Shown one piece after another: positions 39,859 through 53,722 of a DNA stretch of 64,000 nucleotides. A model generated the notes under the pieces. The model did no database searches. It saw only the letters and a program-made list of their open reading frames with translations, and had not been told where the DNA came from. Each line of letters begins with the position of its first letter. The first letter of the stretch is position 1. The stretch is from contig NW_024704742.1 of the NCBI RefSeq assembly GCF_018977255.1, positions 30,134,001-30,198,000 of the forward strand, in the 5' to 3' direction. The position numbers and the translations under genes were made by a program. Source of the stretch: Callorhinchus milii (taxonomy: Eukaryota).

Positions 39859-40185
39859 TATAATAATAATAATCCTTGCATTTGATATAGTGCTTTTCAC
39901 GTCGGGAGGACGTCCCAAAGCGCTTCACAGAACACACTGTAAAGTGAATTGACTGTATATTTGTGGGCGAACGCGGCAGCCAATTGCGCACAGCAATGTC
40001 CCACAAACAGTCGTAGATTGAAAATGACCAATTTTTATTATTGTTTTTGGTTTTTGGAGGGATTATTATTAGGCTCTGTGTGGAGTAAGGAAACTTGCCC
40101 AAGGTTTCGCCCTGACCTGCCTGGAATTGAACTCAGGTCTCTCGCTTGCAAAGCGAGTGCTCTAACCACTGAGCTACAGGACTCC
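39859..40185 (-). mobile_element. tRNA-Ala-derived SINE, full length, short young variant
   Basis: Head GGAGTCCTGTAGCTCAGTGGTTAGAGCACTCGCTTTGCAAGCGAGAGACCTGAGTTCAATTCC has an A-box, anticodon arm CTCGC-TT[TGC]AA-GCGAG and a B-box; L2-like tail ending in (TTA)n. Confidence 0.95.
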
Positions 40186-40717
40186 ACAAGTTGCAGGATA
40201 GACTTTGACAACACTGACTATATATAATGTATTGCTGCTCGCCTCCTAATAGATCATGAGGCAATGGTTCTTTATTGGTTTATAACTGAGTCTGCCTATA
40301 ATTGAGTGAAAGCATTAAGCCCAATGAATCATAAATATCAATGAGTATGCTGGGACTGAAGAGTTTTCAAAAATATCATCTTAAAATAGTTCTGACTAAG
40401 AAAAATATTTGGTATTCATACTACATATAATTCACAACTGGTTACTGGGAAATAAATATGATCACAAATCCTTACAAATCACTGATATCTTGGGATTTGT
40501 GGTGGAAAAGGGTAATAGTTGACTGGTAAACTAATAGGTGGTTCCAAATGACGAGAAACTGAACACATTAATATGCAGGCGTAATGACGTTACATATTAT
40601 GATTTGTTCTGAAGTCTGACAAAACACTATTAATTCCTAGAGGTTTGTTTCTTCTATGACTAAACGTAGTGTGGCAGCAGTAAGGGGCGGGGGGGTATAA
40701 TTCAAAGTTAAACTTAC

Positions 40718-40931
40718 TGTTACTAGTAGTAATATTAACCTCTTCAACTTGCTGAAGAGCTTCACTGTCCTGTATGATCTGTGAAAGACCAATAGTTCGA
40801 ACAGGAGTATCAAGGCCAACAGAGCTCTCATTCACCGTCACATCGCTAGCACCCGTTATCTGATTAGTTGGTGGCCCTCCTATTGATCCTTCAAAATCAG
40901 TTGTTACATCGTCTGCACAATCTGCATTTGG
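40718..40931 (-). CDS. RNF150: RNF150 coding exon (exon 6 equivalent), PNADCADDVTTDFEGSIGGPPTNQITGASDVTVNESSVGLDTPVRTIGLSQIIQDSEALQQVEEVNITTSN
   Basis: 214 nt, acceptor tttttcttgcAG and donor GTaagt, phase 0/1. It contains the RNF150-type DFEGS.GGPPTNQITGASD.TVNESSV motif and lies within ORF 40590..40949. Confidence 0.96.
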
Positions 40932-42478
40932 CTGCAAGAAAAAGGACACAAGTTACAAGTTAACTACCTTGCCTTCTCCTTTCCTGGTAAAGAATAAACC
41001 GTACGACTGCTTAAACACTGCAATAGACATTTCCCCTGACAATTGCTCCATTCACTGGGTTCACACAACTTCAGTAACTGAACAAAGAAATCCATCTAGT
41101 CACAATAGGAACACAACATGAAGCTTGAATTAACTTTGGAGGGTCAAAGGTAATGGTTAAGGGTGTGACAAATATAGATTGGAACATTTGACAAAATAAA
41201 TGGAGTTTTTTAATACTGTGGGGCTGCATTTTTCAACCCACATGAACACTAATCATGAACAATTATTACAGAAGAATTCCATTCCTTATATGGATATAAC
41301 TGAACATACTGAACAGCTAAACTCCCAACAGCTGTTTCCCTTTCTTCCACATTTGCTACAACAAACCCAGGGTTAAACTCTGTCTCAGCAACCGAATTAC
41401 CACCAACGAATAGGGGACAAACTAACCAATTAAAATGTTCCACGAAGCCATTTCGAACACCTTCAGAACACATCTTATTTTCCGACTTACTCTAAACAAA
41501 ATGTTTTGTTCATACTCCAACAGGGATCCCAATTGAAATATGGATTGAACGCGTGGGACAGATATTTAGTCAAAATTGTAGCAATTTGTAAAAAGTTAAC
41601 TTAAAAAAAGTCCTGGGGTACAAATAAGGATTCCTTCCAAAAAAAAGTACAGGTATATCATGCCAACCCAGTACTTCTGGTTAAAATGCCATGACATTTG
41701 ATTCCCAGTTATGAATAGCTCATTTTAGACCCCCAATATCAAGCAAAAACGACTTTGTTCTTTGTGGAACATCGAATGGTTCTGACCATACGTTTACGTT
41801 CTTAGAATATCTTCTTTATGTAGAAAAGCTGCAAAACGTACCAAAAACGTGTGTAGAAAAACACACTGTCTATTACAAAGCTGTAGTCCCATCTGAAGGA
41901 TGGCATAACACAAACCAAAAGATTGAAGCTCAAACTGTTTATCAAGGTCATCTAAACCAAAATGTTGAATAGTTTTGAAACACACAGCAGATTCTACAGA
42001 AATATAACACACCCTTTTTTGTGCTTAGCATTTGAAATTTTTATGATCTGATAGTGTCTCATGACAGACAATATTGATTAATCATCTTCTTTCTAAATGT
42101 GTACTGTATGATTAGGGCAAAAATAATACAATGATTCTTTCCCATGACTAATACTAGGGTATACTGTAGCAGCTATAATTTATATAGTACACTGAATGAG
42201 TAGAAGTTGATTATCGGGCATTAACCCAATTAAGGGGCTCAGATAGCAAATGGAAAATGTTATCTGAATCATCTGAACTTTGCAACTAAATTGCTACTTG
42301 TAATCAATCCTCTCCGATACATCCAGTATTTGCGGAAAACTTTTTTTTAAATATAAAACTGTTGTAATTGGGCAACACAAAATGACACAAAATTAAATAC
42401 AGGATGTCAGAAAGATTATGAAAAATTAATTGGGACCTCAATGAATAAGATTATATGACCCATATGACATGCAGCCTC

Positions 42479-42797
42479 ATAATAATAATAATAATCCTTG
42501 CATTTGATATAGCACTTTTCACATCTTCTAGACGTCCCAAAGCGCTTCACAGAATACACTGTAAAGTGAATTGACTGTATATTTTGTGGGCGAACGCGGC
42601 AGCCAATTGCGCACAGCAATGTTCCACAAACAGTCGTGGATTGAAAATGACCAATTTATTATTGTTTTTTGTTTTGGAGGGATTATTATTAGGTGTGTGG
42701 AGTAAGGAAACTTTCCCAAGGTTTCGCCCTCTGCCTGGAATTGAACTCAGGTCTCTTCACTTGCAAATCGAGTGCTCTAACCACTGAGCTCCAGGAA
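42479..42797 (-). mobile_element. tRNA-Ala-derived SINE, near full length
   Basis: Near-identical to 39859-40185. Confidence 0.93.
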
Positions 42798-42814
42798 TGG
42801 TGGTCCTTTTGGGA

Positions 42815-43140
42815 TACATAGAAACAGGAGTAGGCTATTCAGCCCCTCTAGCCTGTTTCACCATTTTATAAGATCCATGGCTGATCTGTACCTCAAGTCC
42901 AGTTACCTGCCTTGCTCCACATCCCTTAATACCCTGATCTAACAAATATCTATCTGCCTCTGTCTTGAAAATGTGAATGGATCCAGCATCCACAGCCTTC
43001 TGGGGGAGAGAGTTCCTGATTTCTACTACCCTTTGGGTGAAAAACTGCCTCCTAATTTTACTCCTAAATGTACTAGCTCTAATTTTAAGATTATGTCCCT
43101 TTGTTTTGGATCCGCGCACCAGAGGAAATTGTTTCTCTGG
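42815..43140 (-). mobile_element. CR1 LINE 3' end
   Basis: FPLVRGSKTKGHNLKIRASTFRSKIRRQFFTQRVVEIRNSLPQKAVDAGSIHIFKTEADRYL is the CR1 ORF2 C-terminus. Confidence 0.93.
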
Positions 43141-43447
43141 CGAACTACAAATGAATTCATAAGTATTCATAACAGATGAGGTAGTTTATTTGCAACTTCT
43201 AAGGAGGAAAATGTTCACCTTTTTAAATGAAACTTTCATACACATTAAAAAAACAGATCGCAATGGGACCCTGAAAACTTATATCCAAGGAAAACAAACA
43301 CGCTAAAAACACCGACTGTTAAATTAACATTACTTTGTAGTAGTTACTGTGAACAAATATGAAAATTACAGGTTTCTAGACCAAAATGAAACAACTTTTG
43401 GTATGAAGCTGTTGGGTACCAAAGCTGAGGCAATTTATTTACCTTTA

Positions 43448-43545
43448 ATAGAGTTAATTATTAACTTTATTATTATTAATTATTATTATTATTATTATTA
43501 TAATTATTATAATTATTATTATTAGAGTTTATTAGAGTTAATAAT
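43448..43545. repeat. (TAT)n microsatellite with flanking tagagtt(a/t) repeats
   Basis: Directly visible tandem TTA/TAT runs. Confidence 0.85.
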
Positions 43546-46500
43546 CAATAATTAAGTTCAATTTAAATAATCTGAATTCATAGTCTTGAAGTTCCACCAA
43601 GTTCTAATACACCAAAGTTTTCACAATCTGCTTTCTAGTTAAGTTTGATATTTGTACAGGAAAGGGCTATTGTTCTTCTATTTGTTACACCATACATTAC
43701 TTTCAAGAGAGATCCAGACATCAATCTAAAAAGGAATAATGTTCAGGGGTTTGGGGAAAAGGCAGGTATAGTGGGACTGAATGGGTTGATCTTTCAAAGA
43801 GCCAGCATCAACATGAAGGGCTGATTGACCTTCTTCTATACAGTAAATTGATGTGGTTCTAGACAGGATGACTCTAGTATCATGAATCTTGCTGGTGCAC
43901 AAGTCTCCCTGTAACACGGGCATCCTATGGATCTGCATTTTTGCACCTGAACATCAATTATTCAATGTGGATTCCAAGATAAAAATGACAGCAGCAGAAA
44001 TTCCAATCATTAAAAAACATTGCCTTTGAGGCATAATTTTGAAGCATTTGCATATTTTATCCTTCACATTTACAGAATTCCCATCAAAATTAATATAGAA
44101 GCGATTCTTCTGCTTCTGATAAGTTGATGGCTGCAGTATATTGGTAATAGTTGTTACTGCAGATTTTTTTTACACCCACACACTCTTGCATAGTCAGTCA
44201 ATCATTTCCTCTCTAGGGGGTCATCAGCAATCAAGAGCATTCTACTGTTACTAGATTTGTTTTGCAAAGCTACTTTTACTAACACAGTTCTAATCACTAC
44301 AGAAACTAGAAACTGCTGTTTAATGTTTTAGCGTAACTGTAGGAGCAAAGTTACACTGTTTAATGTAAATACATTTTGATTATAATATCAGAATGTGGCC
44401 TGGTTACTGCCTTGCTCAACGTAAGCCGAGTACAATGATTAGCTTATAAGCACTACTGTCTCAGCTGACATCAAAGTGAATTAAATAGAAAAAGTCCACT
44501 GTTAATTATGTACGATATTCTGATACAAGAATAGAGGCTTTCTTCAGTTTCTAAGTGAACAGTTAATTTTACAATATGCTGTACACTGAACCCGAAATCA
44601 ACTGACTATTTTAAAAAAAGAACAGCTTTTTAACACAAACTCTATAATAAAACAAACATGGGGAAACAAATCAGAAGCTAGGAAACATTAATCCACAACT
44701 CCCTAATTAATTATTCTCAAACTTTAATCAACCAATGATTTAGTTTCAATTATAGGTCAAAGTCTTCACTTAATTATCTTAATTCCAAACGATTTTTAAA
44801 AAATTAGGTCTGTAATATTTGCTCTCATCAAAGCAAAGATTGTCAACTATAGAGATTGAAACCAGCAGCAGTGATAGGGTCCCATACAAATTCCAATAGA
44901 AATTTACATTTATATAGCACCTTTTATGTTGGCAGGACATATCCCCAAAACCCTCTACAAAAGCAGGAAGAGTCACAGAACGCTTCCAAGACAGTCCCTG
45001 AAGCACACAACTTGTCATCCAGCTCTGCTACTGACCCATTACCCAGAGCCGAGTCTCAGTGAAACCCCTTTAATTCAGCAATACTCTAAATCCTACTTCC
45101 ACTCAGACCCATTCCTCCTCGGACCCACTCTGAGTTGGCTTAAGTCAAAAACATTGCTGTGTATATAAAATAATGTCCAGCAGTCAAAAGTAGGGGCTCA
45201 ATGATACCTGAAGATGGTTTAGAGAACATTATCAAACTCAGCTGTCAAGCTGTTGAAAGTTAAGATAACCAAAGATAATGGCCAAATTCTTTCACACTTC
45301 TACTTTGATAAGTGCTTTGAGGCCCCAAGGAATTTCAATGGTTCATTACGATCAAAGATCTTTGTTGAGGTATAGGCAGACCTCCGAAATAGTTTAACTG
45401 GTGGTTACTGCACAGTGAAGAAAAAGTACCTTTTTGACCATTTGTTGGTAACACCTTTCATTTCTCTATTGTGTTAGTATTTTCCCTTACCATTTTTAAA
45501 ATCTATATTATATAGATTTTTATTTAAAATTGAAAAAGGAACAAATGGAATGAAATTGTTAATATATTTCTGTCCTTGATTTGTGAAGATTGAAGAGCAA
45601 TTCCCAGTGTTTTATTAGGGTTAGGGCCTGGGTTAGTCTGAGCTTCATCATTTGTACCTACTTAAAACAGCACATGTTGAACAATAGGTTCAAATGGAGC
45701 AAAACTGGCAGTAAGCAAGAAAGAGGCTATTGAGGATATTCAATAGAGATAAGCCAGGCAATCGGAAATTTGTGGTAGACGCTATTGCCATTATTTCCTT
45801 ATGGCAGAACCCAAACATGCAGCAGAAAGTTTTAAGTCCCGATAGGAAAAGATCCTTCAAAAGATCTTGCAGCTTAATTTTAATGGAGTACTAAAATTCC
45901 TTCAAAGCCCTTGAAACCCAATTCCAGCTCAGCAAGAGCAACAATTTTTCTTCACCTGCAGACAGAAAAAAACAATGGAATCCAATGCATGCAATGTGGA
46001 CTAATATCACCAACCACTCACGGCAATAAAACACTTCTCCCTTCACACAGACGTAAACCAGACTACAAGTATTCTAGGAATACTTTTTTATTTCTATATG
46101 CCCCAAACCACAAAGCAGCCTTGAGTGAACTCTGATTGATATGGTATGGGAATCTATTTATTAATCAGTGCACAATTTCAACCAGCAATAGATTTTGAAA
46201 GGGTGCAAATTAAACTCATTGCACTTTCACACACTTGCAGAAATGAAACCCTCAAGACTCGGTTGAGTGCTGAAGGATCTGCGGCACTAAGTACAGCATC
46301 TTCCACATCTGACTATGCCAAACCCAACCTTCCTATGTGAAGTCAAGATTACACCAAACATTCAAACACATAACCTCCTGAACTTGTTCATAAAAATCTT
46401 CCTGAATCTGAAGGTGACAAAACTCATGGATTTCTTCCTTGCTGCATGTTTAAAGCATGTCCCATTGTAATGGCACAGGTTGACCCGAACCACCATTTGG

Positions 46501-46599
46501 TGATAGCATTTTGGTGAACTCTTCTTTCCTAAGAGAATCATGTACTCAATAAGGTTAAACCAGGAGAATTTCTTCAATACAGATGTAAGTCAGTTGGTC

Positions 46600-47450
46600 A
46601 GTTTCAAGCCCCACGTCAAAACCAGAGGCTCCAATATATGAAGAATACTGCATTGTCATTGCCATCTTTCACTGAATACATTAAATCAAGATTCTGCCTT
46701 TCTACTTGGACAGATATCAAAATAAGATAATTCTCCCATGCCTTAGCCAACAACCTCTCAGATTCTCCTCATGGCTGTTTGTGGGACATGCTGCAGACAA
46801 ATGGCCATTACCTTTGTCTACAAAAACAACCTACAAAACATAACTTGACAGAAATTATTCATGAGGTATTTCAACATGGTGTGGCACTACAAAAATGCAA
46901 AGTGACAGATGGTTTATAAAGACACCGATGGGCCTCACTTGAATATTATGTGCAGTTTTGGTGGACATACGACACAGCAGATATTTCCTGTTATTAAAAT
47001 AGGTTACAGTGGTAGGAAACAAATTAGTGGTATATTGGATTAAGTACCTCAGTAGCAAAGAGAGATTGCAGAAACAGGAATATTCTAGATGGCGGAAGTG
47101 ATGCTCTTACAGAAGTTTTCCAGATACTAAAAAATGTAAATACGATGGATGCCAAGAATGTGTTTGATGTAGTCAAGAAGTCCATAATCTTGAGCTCAGA
47201 ATGGGGTTTCAAGGAAGGAAGGTGAACCATTTAGATTTATACACTATCATTATAATACAATCGTAGTTATAATAGTACAATAGTAGTTTTACAATAGTAC
47301 TTTAAGTAGGGAATGGTGAATATGTGTAACAGATTGCCTAAGGGGAAGTATGGGCTATTAGTTTGGGCAGTTTCAAGAAGAAATAACGTAGATATATGAT
47401 ATGAGATATCAAGCAATAGTATTTTTTTTAAATGGGATGGCCAGTCGAAC
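46600..47450 (+). mobile_element. Decayed Deu-type SINE (46600-46830) followed by an old CR1 fragment (46870-47450)
   Basis: gctgtttgtgggacatgctgcagacaaatggcca (SINE body); cctcacttgaatattatgtgcagttttgg (PHLEYYVQFW, CR1). Confidence 0.55.
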
Positions 47451-47927
47451 TTTAATTGTACTTTTATGTACTCCTTTGTACTACTAAGAGACTTTATAGT
47501 CTCACCTTTTGAAAGCATCTGACTTCTCTGTGGAAATAATCACATTTCATTCACATTGTTAATATCATCCCAGTCTTTTCCCTTTTAGCTCTGTAATTGG
47601 TCAGAAGCAAACTATAAACCCTGGGCAGTTGGGCTGTGTGAAACAGTAAGATTTAGTTTAAATAACACTGAGAGATTTTGAAACGTTAGAACATAAATCA
47701 GAAATAAAATTTCATTTTATTTATAAACTGGTTTGCACTATGTTAAAAATGGTCTTTTCTCATCCAAACACAATCTTCATAGGACATCAAAACCTTTTTA
47801 GAAAGCTACTCATACAACCAGAGTCCAAATTGAGTAGCTTCGCTGTAGATTTTTAAGAGTAAACGCTTGTTACACACACTGTATAATTGAGTGCATTTTA
47901 ATATTCATAACTAGTAGATAAACATCA

Positions 47928-48131
<204 letters not shown>

Positions 48132-51100
48132 TCACATTATAATTTAAAGTATCTGGAGCAAGTTGAAAATAAAGGTAATTGGGTTCAAAGGCTGTAGACT
48201 GGAGGCAATTACATCTGTGGTCAAAAAAATTGTAACTGAGAAGCGAGTTTAGGATAATCAACATTGCAATCCGATTTTCCATCTAATTTTGCCTCATTAA
48301 CCATATATTTTTGACATTGGCACAATGAGATTTTCTACCTGACTACAATTTAACTAGTATGTCCATCAATGACCACATCTGGTTTAAACTTCTAAATCTA
48401 AACCAGAAGGCACAAATTTGTATATCTGTAAAGTGTATTATATGGTGTATAGATGTCTTATTGTTGAAATATGGCAACACCGTGTGATCAATAGGCTTCT
48501 TTTATTTATACATTAGATAACAAATAAGAGGGCATGTATCAGATTAATGAACCGCTGTATTTTTGTTTAGCCAATATGTCAGTTTATATGTTTAAAATTA
48601 CAATGCTAAATGTAAGAAATTGGAATCCAGTTTTCTTCAGTTTATTGTTAGATTTTGGATGAAATTTCAGTAAACTCCTGAACGTTAGTTCCAGCGTAAC
48701 GACAAGATCTTAAGGTATTCTAAAATATTTCTTTGATAATACTACTTCATCAGCTATCGACTTTCTAGAATTTTTTCTATGATTCCTAAAGTTCTTCTGG
48801 TTTACAGTATTCTGCTCAGGGGATTATTGTTTTTATTTAATTATTCTCTGTAATTAATTACATGTCTGAGCTGGTAGCACTCTTGTCTAAGTTGGAAGGT
48901 TGTGGGTTCAAATTCTAACACATTGACACAAGTGAATACCTCTGGGTTTAAGCACATTGATATCATCAGTTCTGCACATAAGGTATTATTTAATTGCACT
49001 GCCAAGGCTTTGCAATTCGATGAACGAAAGACTATTGCACTAAATATGCATTAGTTAATAGTAGTCTATTTCTCAGGTTAATCATAAAATAAGTTCTGTT
49101 ACTTACATAGTATACCTAATATTTTGCAATACTGTACTCATCTTCTTTATCTGCCTTTAATGTGATGGTGGCTGGAGGGGAACAGAAACAAGCTTCTACT
49201 GTAAGTATGTAAGTTACATTTTTAGGCATTTTAAATACTACCCATGGTGAAACTATAAATCAATGATAAATGCACGGACCTTTAAGAGCTGCCATGAAGT
49301 AATAAATTCAACAATCATTGCTAGTAAATGGACACAAACATATGTGGAATGAGAAACAAAATCTGATCCATCAAGTCATCGTTTTTCAGAAAGCTATAAT
49401 TGATCATATTATGAACTCCACCCCAATTATTTAATCTGCACACAGCCAGCCCACTCCCTTCCCATCTTGAGTGGGATCTTGAGCTAAAACGGCATTCACA
49501 AAGTAGGAACTGACATCGATGATAATTCAGAATTTAGCAGAACGAGAGGACATGGGTGTAAGGTTGCAAACAGCAATTATAGACGGACACCAGGAAGTAT
49601 TTCTTTACCCAGGGGGTAATTAACAATTGGAACAGGTACCAGGGTGACTGAAGCTTACTGTTGTGATGGGAGAATGGTAGGGTCTGGAAGAATAAGATTA
49701 AAAGTACCAAAGAGCATTCATCATCAAAACTTCTCTTGCGAAACATTAATTAATGTATAAATGCAATATTGTACATAATTTTAAGATGACACAATAACAG
49801 GAAGTAATGTTGAATTTCAAGAAAGGTAGAAATGATTATCAATGATATTGACTCTGTTTCTCCCCACCTGCTCAATACATCAAATCCTCCCCATTCCCCA
49901 TCTCTGCATCCAATCCCCCTCATTACCCTAAACCTCTGATCCCCAATAACCTGTGAACACTCTATATCTTACTAAATGGGCGCTTTATCAATATCAAAAC
50001 CTGATTAGAGAGAGACATGCTTTCCTTCATCTGCAACATTGCCTATCACCAGTACTACTACAACGGATATCAAGCACTCTGGGACGTCGCACAGTGTGGA
50101 GGGCGCTACATAAACGCATGTTGTTGTAGTTGCTATGGTTGTTACTTCCACGTAACATGCTTGGCCATACATCTAGTCAATCGTCTGTGGCTGTCTCAGT
50201 AAACTGTGGGTAAACAGGTCCACGGTATCCCAGAGCACCGCTTAGACAAGAGACTCTAAACTCTGAGATGCTACCCTACGTGAGGGTTTTATATAAAGGC
50301 AAGTTTTTGAAGATGACAGACCAGCCTGGCTCATCGGGAGGACTTGGGAGAGGCAGATCAGTTACTGGGCGTAGGGATTCTTCCACTCAGATCCTTTCAA
50401 CCTGGAAAGCACGTCTCTAATGTTAGTTCTAGCTGGACAAGCAGTGCAAAGCTTGCCCAATAGTGCTTTCAAAACAAACTATGTGGTCTTAGCTGATTAA
50501 ACTCCAACAGTAATCAATGCATACTTTGAAATTCCCAAATTGTATGGAATTAGGTAAGCAGAGCGAGGCCTTCCAGGGAGAGAGAGAACACATTTCTTTC
50601 CAAATATGGAAATTGTCATGTGTAGATGGCACATATGGAACATTGTCTGGTTTGGATACTCTTAAGCATGATGATGGGTTTTGCATGCATCAAGACACCT
50701 GGCTGAATGGTAAAGTATAGAAGTAAGCAATAAAATCACAATTTGGGTTTTCTTTTGTCATAAGTACCATGGAATAATCCTGCAACAGGACTGGGGTAAA
50801 ATTGCAGAAATGGTTCTTGAAGCAATTCAGCAACAGAATCACAGTATAAGGTTAGTGGCTATGATCCTGTTGCTATTTGGAGAGGTGCAGCACATTCCAA
50901 ATTTAGATTCTCAAGCCTTTTACTGCTAATGATTCTCCCTGTGGACCAGAAATTTTCAAAGCTTTCGATATCTTTGTGACAACATTTCATCTGTGATTGA
51001 ATGTTTTTTCTGCATCCCACTGTATTAATCTTCACTAATATCAAACAAATCACACCTCAAAATTACAGGACTTTAATTCCCAGATGTAAAAACAGAGAGA

Positions 51101-53722
51101 ACGGTATAGATGCAGGTCTTAAACTGCCAATCAGCTTTACACATGGGTGGTAATGACGAGCAATTAATCATAACAAGATTGCAACACAAAACTGAATCAT
51201 GATTCTACCACTCTTGTTACCACAGTTCCAGCCAAAAATATAGCTGGCAAATAAAAGAGCGACTATTTTCCAACATCAAAGAGACATCAAGATACCCAGC
51301 ACAGTTTCACAAATTGGCTCTAAATTATGTATCACTTTATGTGGGAAAATAACATCCTTGGAATAGTATATTGCAATGTGTCTGTATTAGGTTTTTGCAT
51401 CAATATTTCTAAAATAAAGACAGTCAGCCTTTTTATGGATTGACACAGCCAGCAGTTTAGGGCAATCTCTGCAAAATCACAGAGCTACAAAACCAGAATG
51501 GGGACTGCAGTCTGTTGAGCTATTCTGGTCAAGTCGTGGTCTAGCAATCATTGATCTGCTACCATATATATTCCAACAAAAGTATCGCAAAACAAATAGA
51601 TCATCAGTAAACTTAATTTCTACCAGCTATTGAGAGGGCACTTGTTCCGGTCAGATCCATATTGTAAGATGTTTGTGGTACCAGTAAATATAGCTTAGTT
51701 GTACAAGTACATAACTTTCCTCTCACCCTGGCTAATGTGATTAGTAACAGGAAGGATAAACTCAGGCTTTCTGTTCTATATTGCGCTACCACCGGAACAG
51801 AGAATAATCCTTAACAGTATCAAAATTCACGCAGATCAAATTGCCAGTTTTGAAATGTTACTATTTTTATTCTATGCAGAGTAGCATTTAGCAATGACCA
51901 TAATTTGTATTCACTGCAAATAAAATCTATTAAACGATGGAACTAAGAAGAAAATGCTAAAAATCAAAGGAATCTTGGACAGTATGAACAAAACAACTGC
52001 CAATATTACTCCTGTGCCACCCCCCCACCCCCAATTTAAAAATTCTATTAGGTTGTCAAACCTACAAGATAATGGAGAAGTATTTTCAGCAAACCCGAAA
52101 ATTTGAGAAGATTAACACTACTACAAAAGGCAAGAAAATTAGAGCGAAATGCTAAGTAATCTATAATTAAAAATCAATAATACACACATTTAGACTGCAC
52201 AAATATTTAATTTATGTCATGAAAACTCTTAGATTTGAAACATAAGTAAAAGTTGAAGCTAATCAATCAGGTTCTGCTTAAAATTAAATGCAAATGTTTG
52301 CAGGGCAACTGCACACTCCATGGCCATTTTTGTTGATCAGCTAGCTGGTTGTCTGACACGATATGTGGAAACATATCACTGTGTTTAAGAGTATCCAAAC
52401 CAGACAGTTCCACATATGAAGGCCACATACGTATGGAAATTTCCCCATGTGTGGAATAGAATGTGCCCTCTCTTCCCAGAGGGAAGGAATTACCTAATTA
52501 TGGAAAGTATTAGGCATAGGTTGGCGAGAACTGAGGCTTGGGGATCCCAGGGTGTGCACAAGGGTACTGCTGGGGCTCAACCAGCTAAAACTGTAGAGCT
52601 TGCCATAAAGTCATGACTCCTCTGTGGAAGATTTCCAAAATGCATAGTTGAAGCAATGCAATCTTCGAAGCGTACTGTTACTAGCTCAATTTCACACATC
52701 ACAGCTGCAAATGAGTCCAACCAAAAAAATGTCCAAACTCATCTCTATGCCAAGGTAAGTACACAGTAGTTTAGAAGTTCGAATAAACATTGAATCACAA
52801 GAGTTTTAACAAGTAAATCCTAAAGAAAAGCAATCGTAATATACTCATTAAAGAAAAATTACTTACATCATGACTGAAATTCAGATTGACAGATTATTCA
52901 CGTGATTACAACATAATATCATTTACAATTTGTATTAATTATTTTGCATTGAACTCTCACCATGGAAACGCAAATAAATTCAAGTTCATTTGTGCGATTA
53001 GATTACACACTTTATCCAGTTTTCTGCATTCTTTAAACAGATGCTAAATAACTAAATAAATAACTGGAGAACGTAGTCCTTTTAAGAAGATTAAAGTCAG
53101 CGGGATTATGGCACCATTCATGTAATTTGCACTGTATGAAACATATCTTACCAAAGCTTTAACTAATCAATTATTTCCTAGAAGCAGAAATTATGATAAC
53201 TATAGTTATACATACAACAATGCAATTACCTAAATCATTTAATTGAAAGAAGAAAAATTATTTAGAAGGATCTGGAATTTTTTTATCATTTAAAGAAAAC
53301 TGACCTTACACAACACAGGGTACAACTGTAAAGTGAATACGGTGGGGCATTATGGTCAGGGAGTTCATATGAAGAAATAGGTGTCAAATCAACAAAACAA
53401 AATTATAAACAGTGGAGCCCTGCTACAACATGAAGTTGGGGTGTATAAAATTTCAACCAGTGCTTGTGATTGCTGGATCTGGATTCACTAAGCGAGCAAA
53501 GTTCCAGAAATGGTCTGGAACATATATGGATCTCAGCTCAGAGGTTAAGTAGAATAAAAAATGACTAAAGATATATTATCTGTCATATCAATTATTGTAC
53601 TTCAAGTGACTCAATGTGTGATAGAGTTTTAAAGTTTTAATGTGAAAAACGTTATTATTCAACTGCGCGGTCTATACAGTTGTTTTTCTGAAAATTTGGT
53701 TGAGGGAAGAATATGGGCCAAG

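Noticed and set aside
40120..40185. Apparent tRNA-Ala(TGC) gene (also at 4590, 35180, 42740 and 58770)
   Set aside because: There is no complete acceptor stem or Pol III terminator; it runs directly into a multi-copy SINE body and tail.
40718..40723. Alternative donor GTAACA 6 nt upstream of the exon 6 donor
   Set aside because: It is much weaker than the adjacent consensus GTAAGT, and there is no evidence of use.
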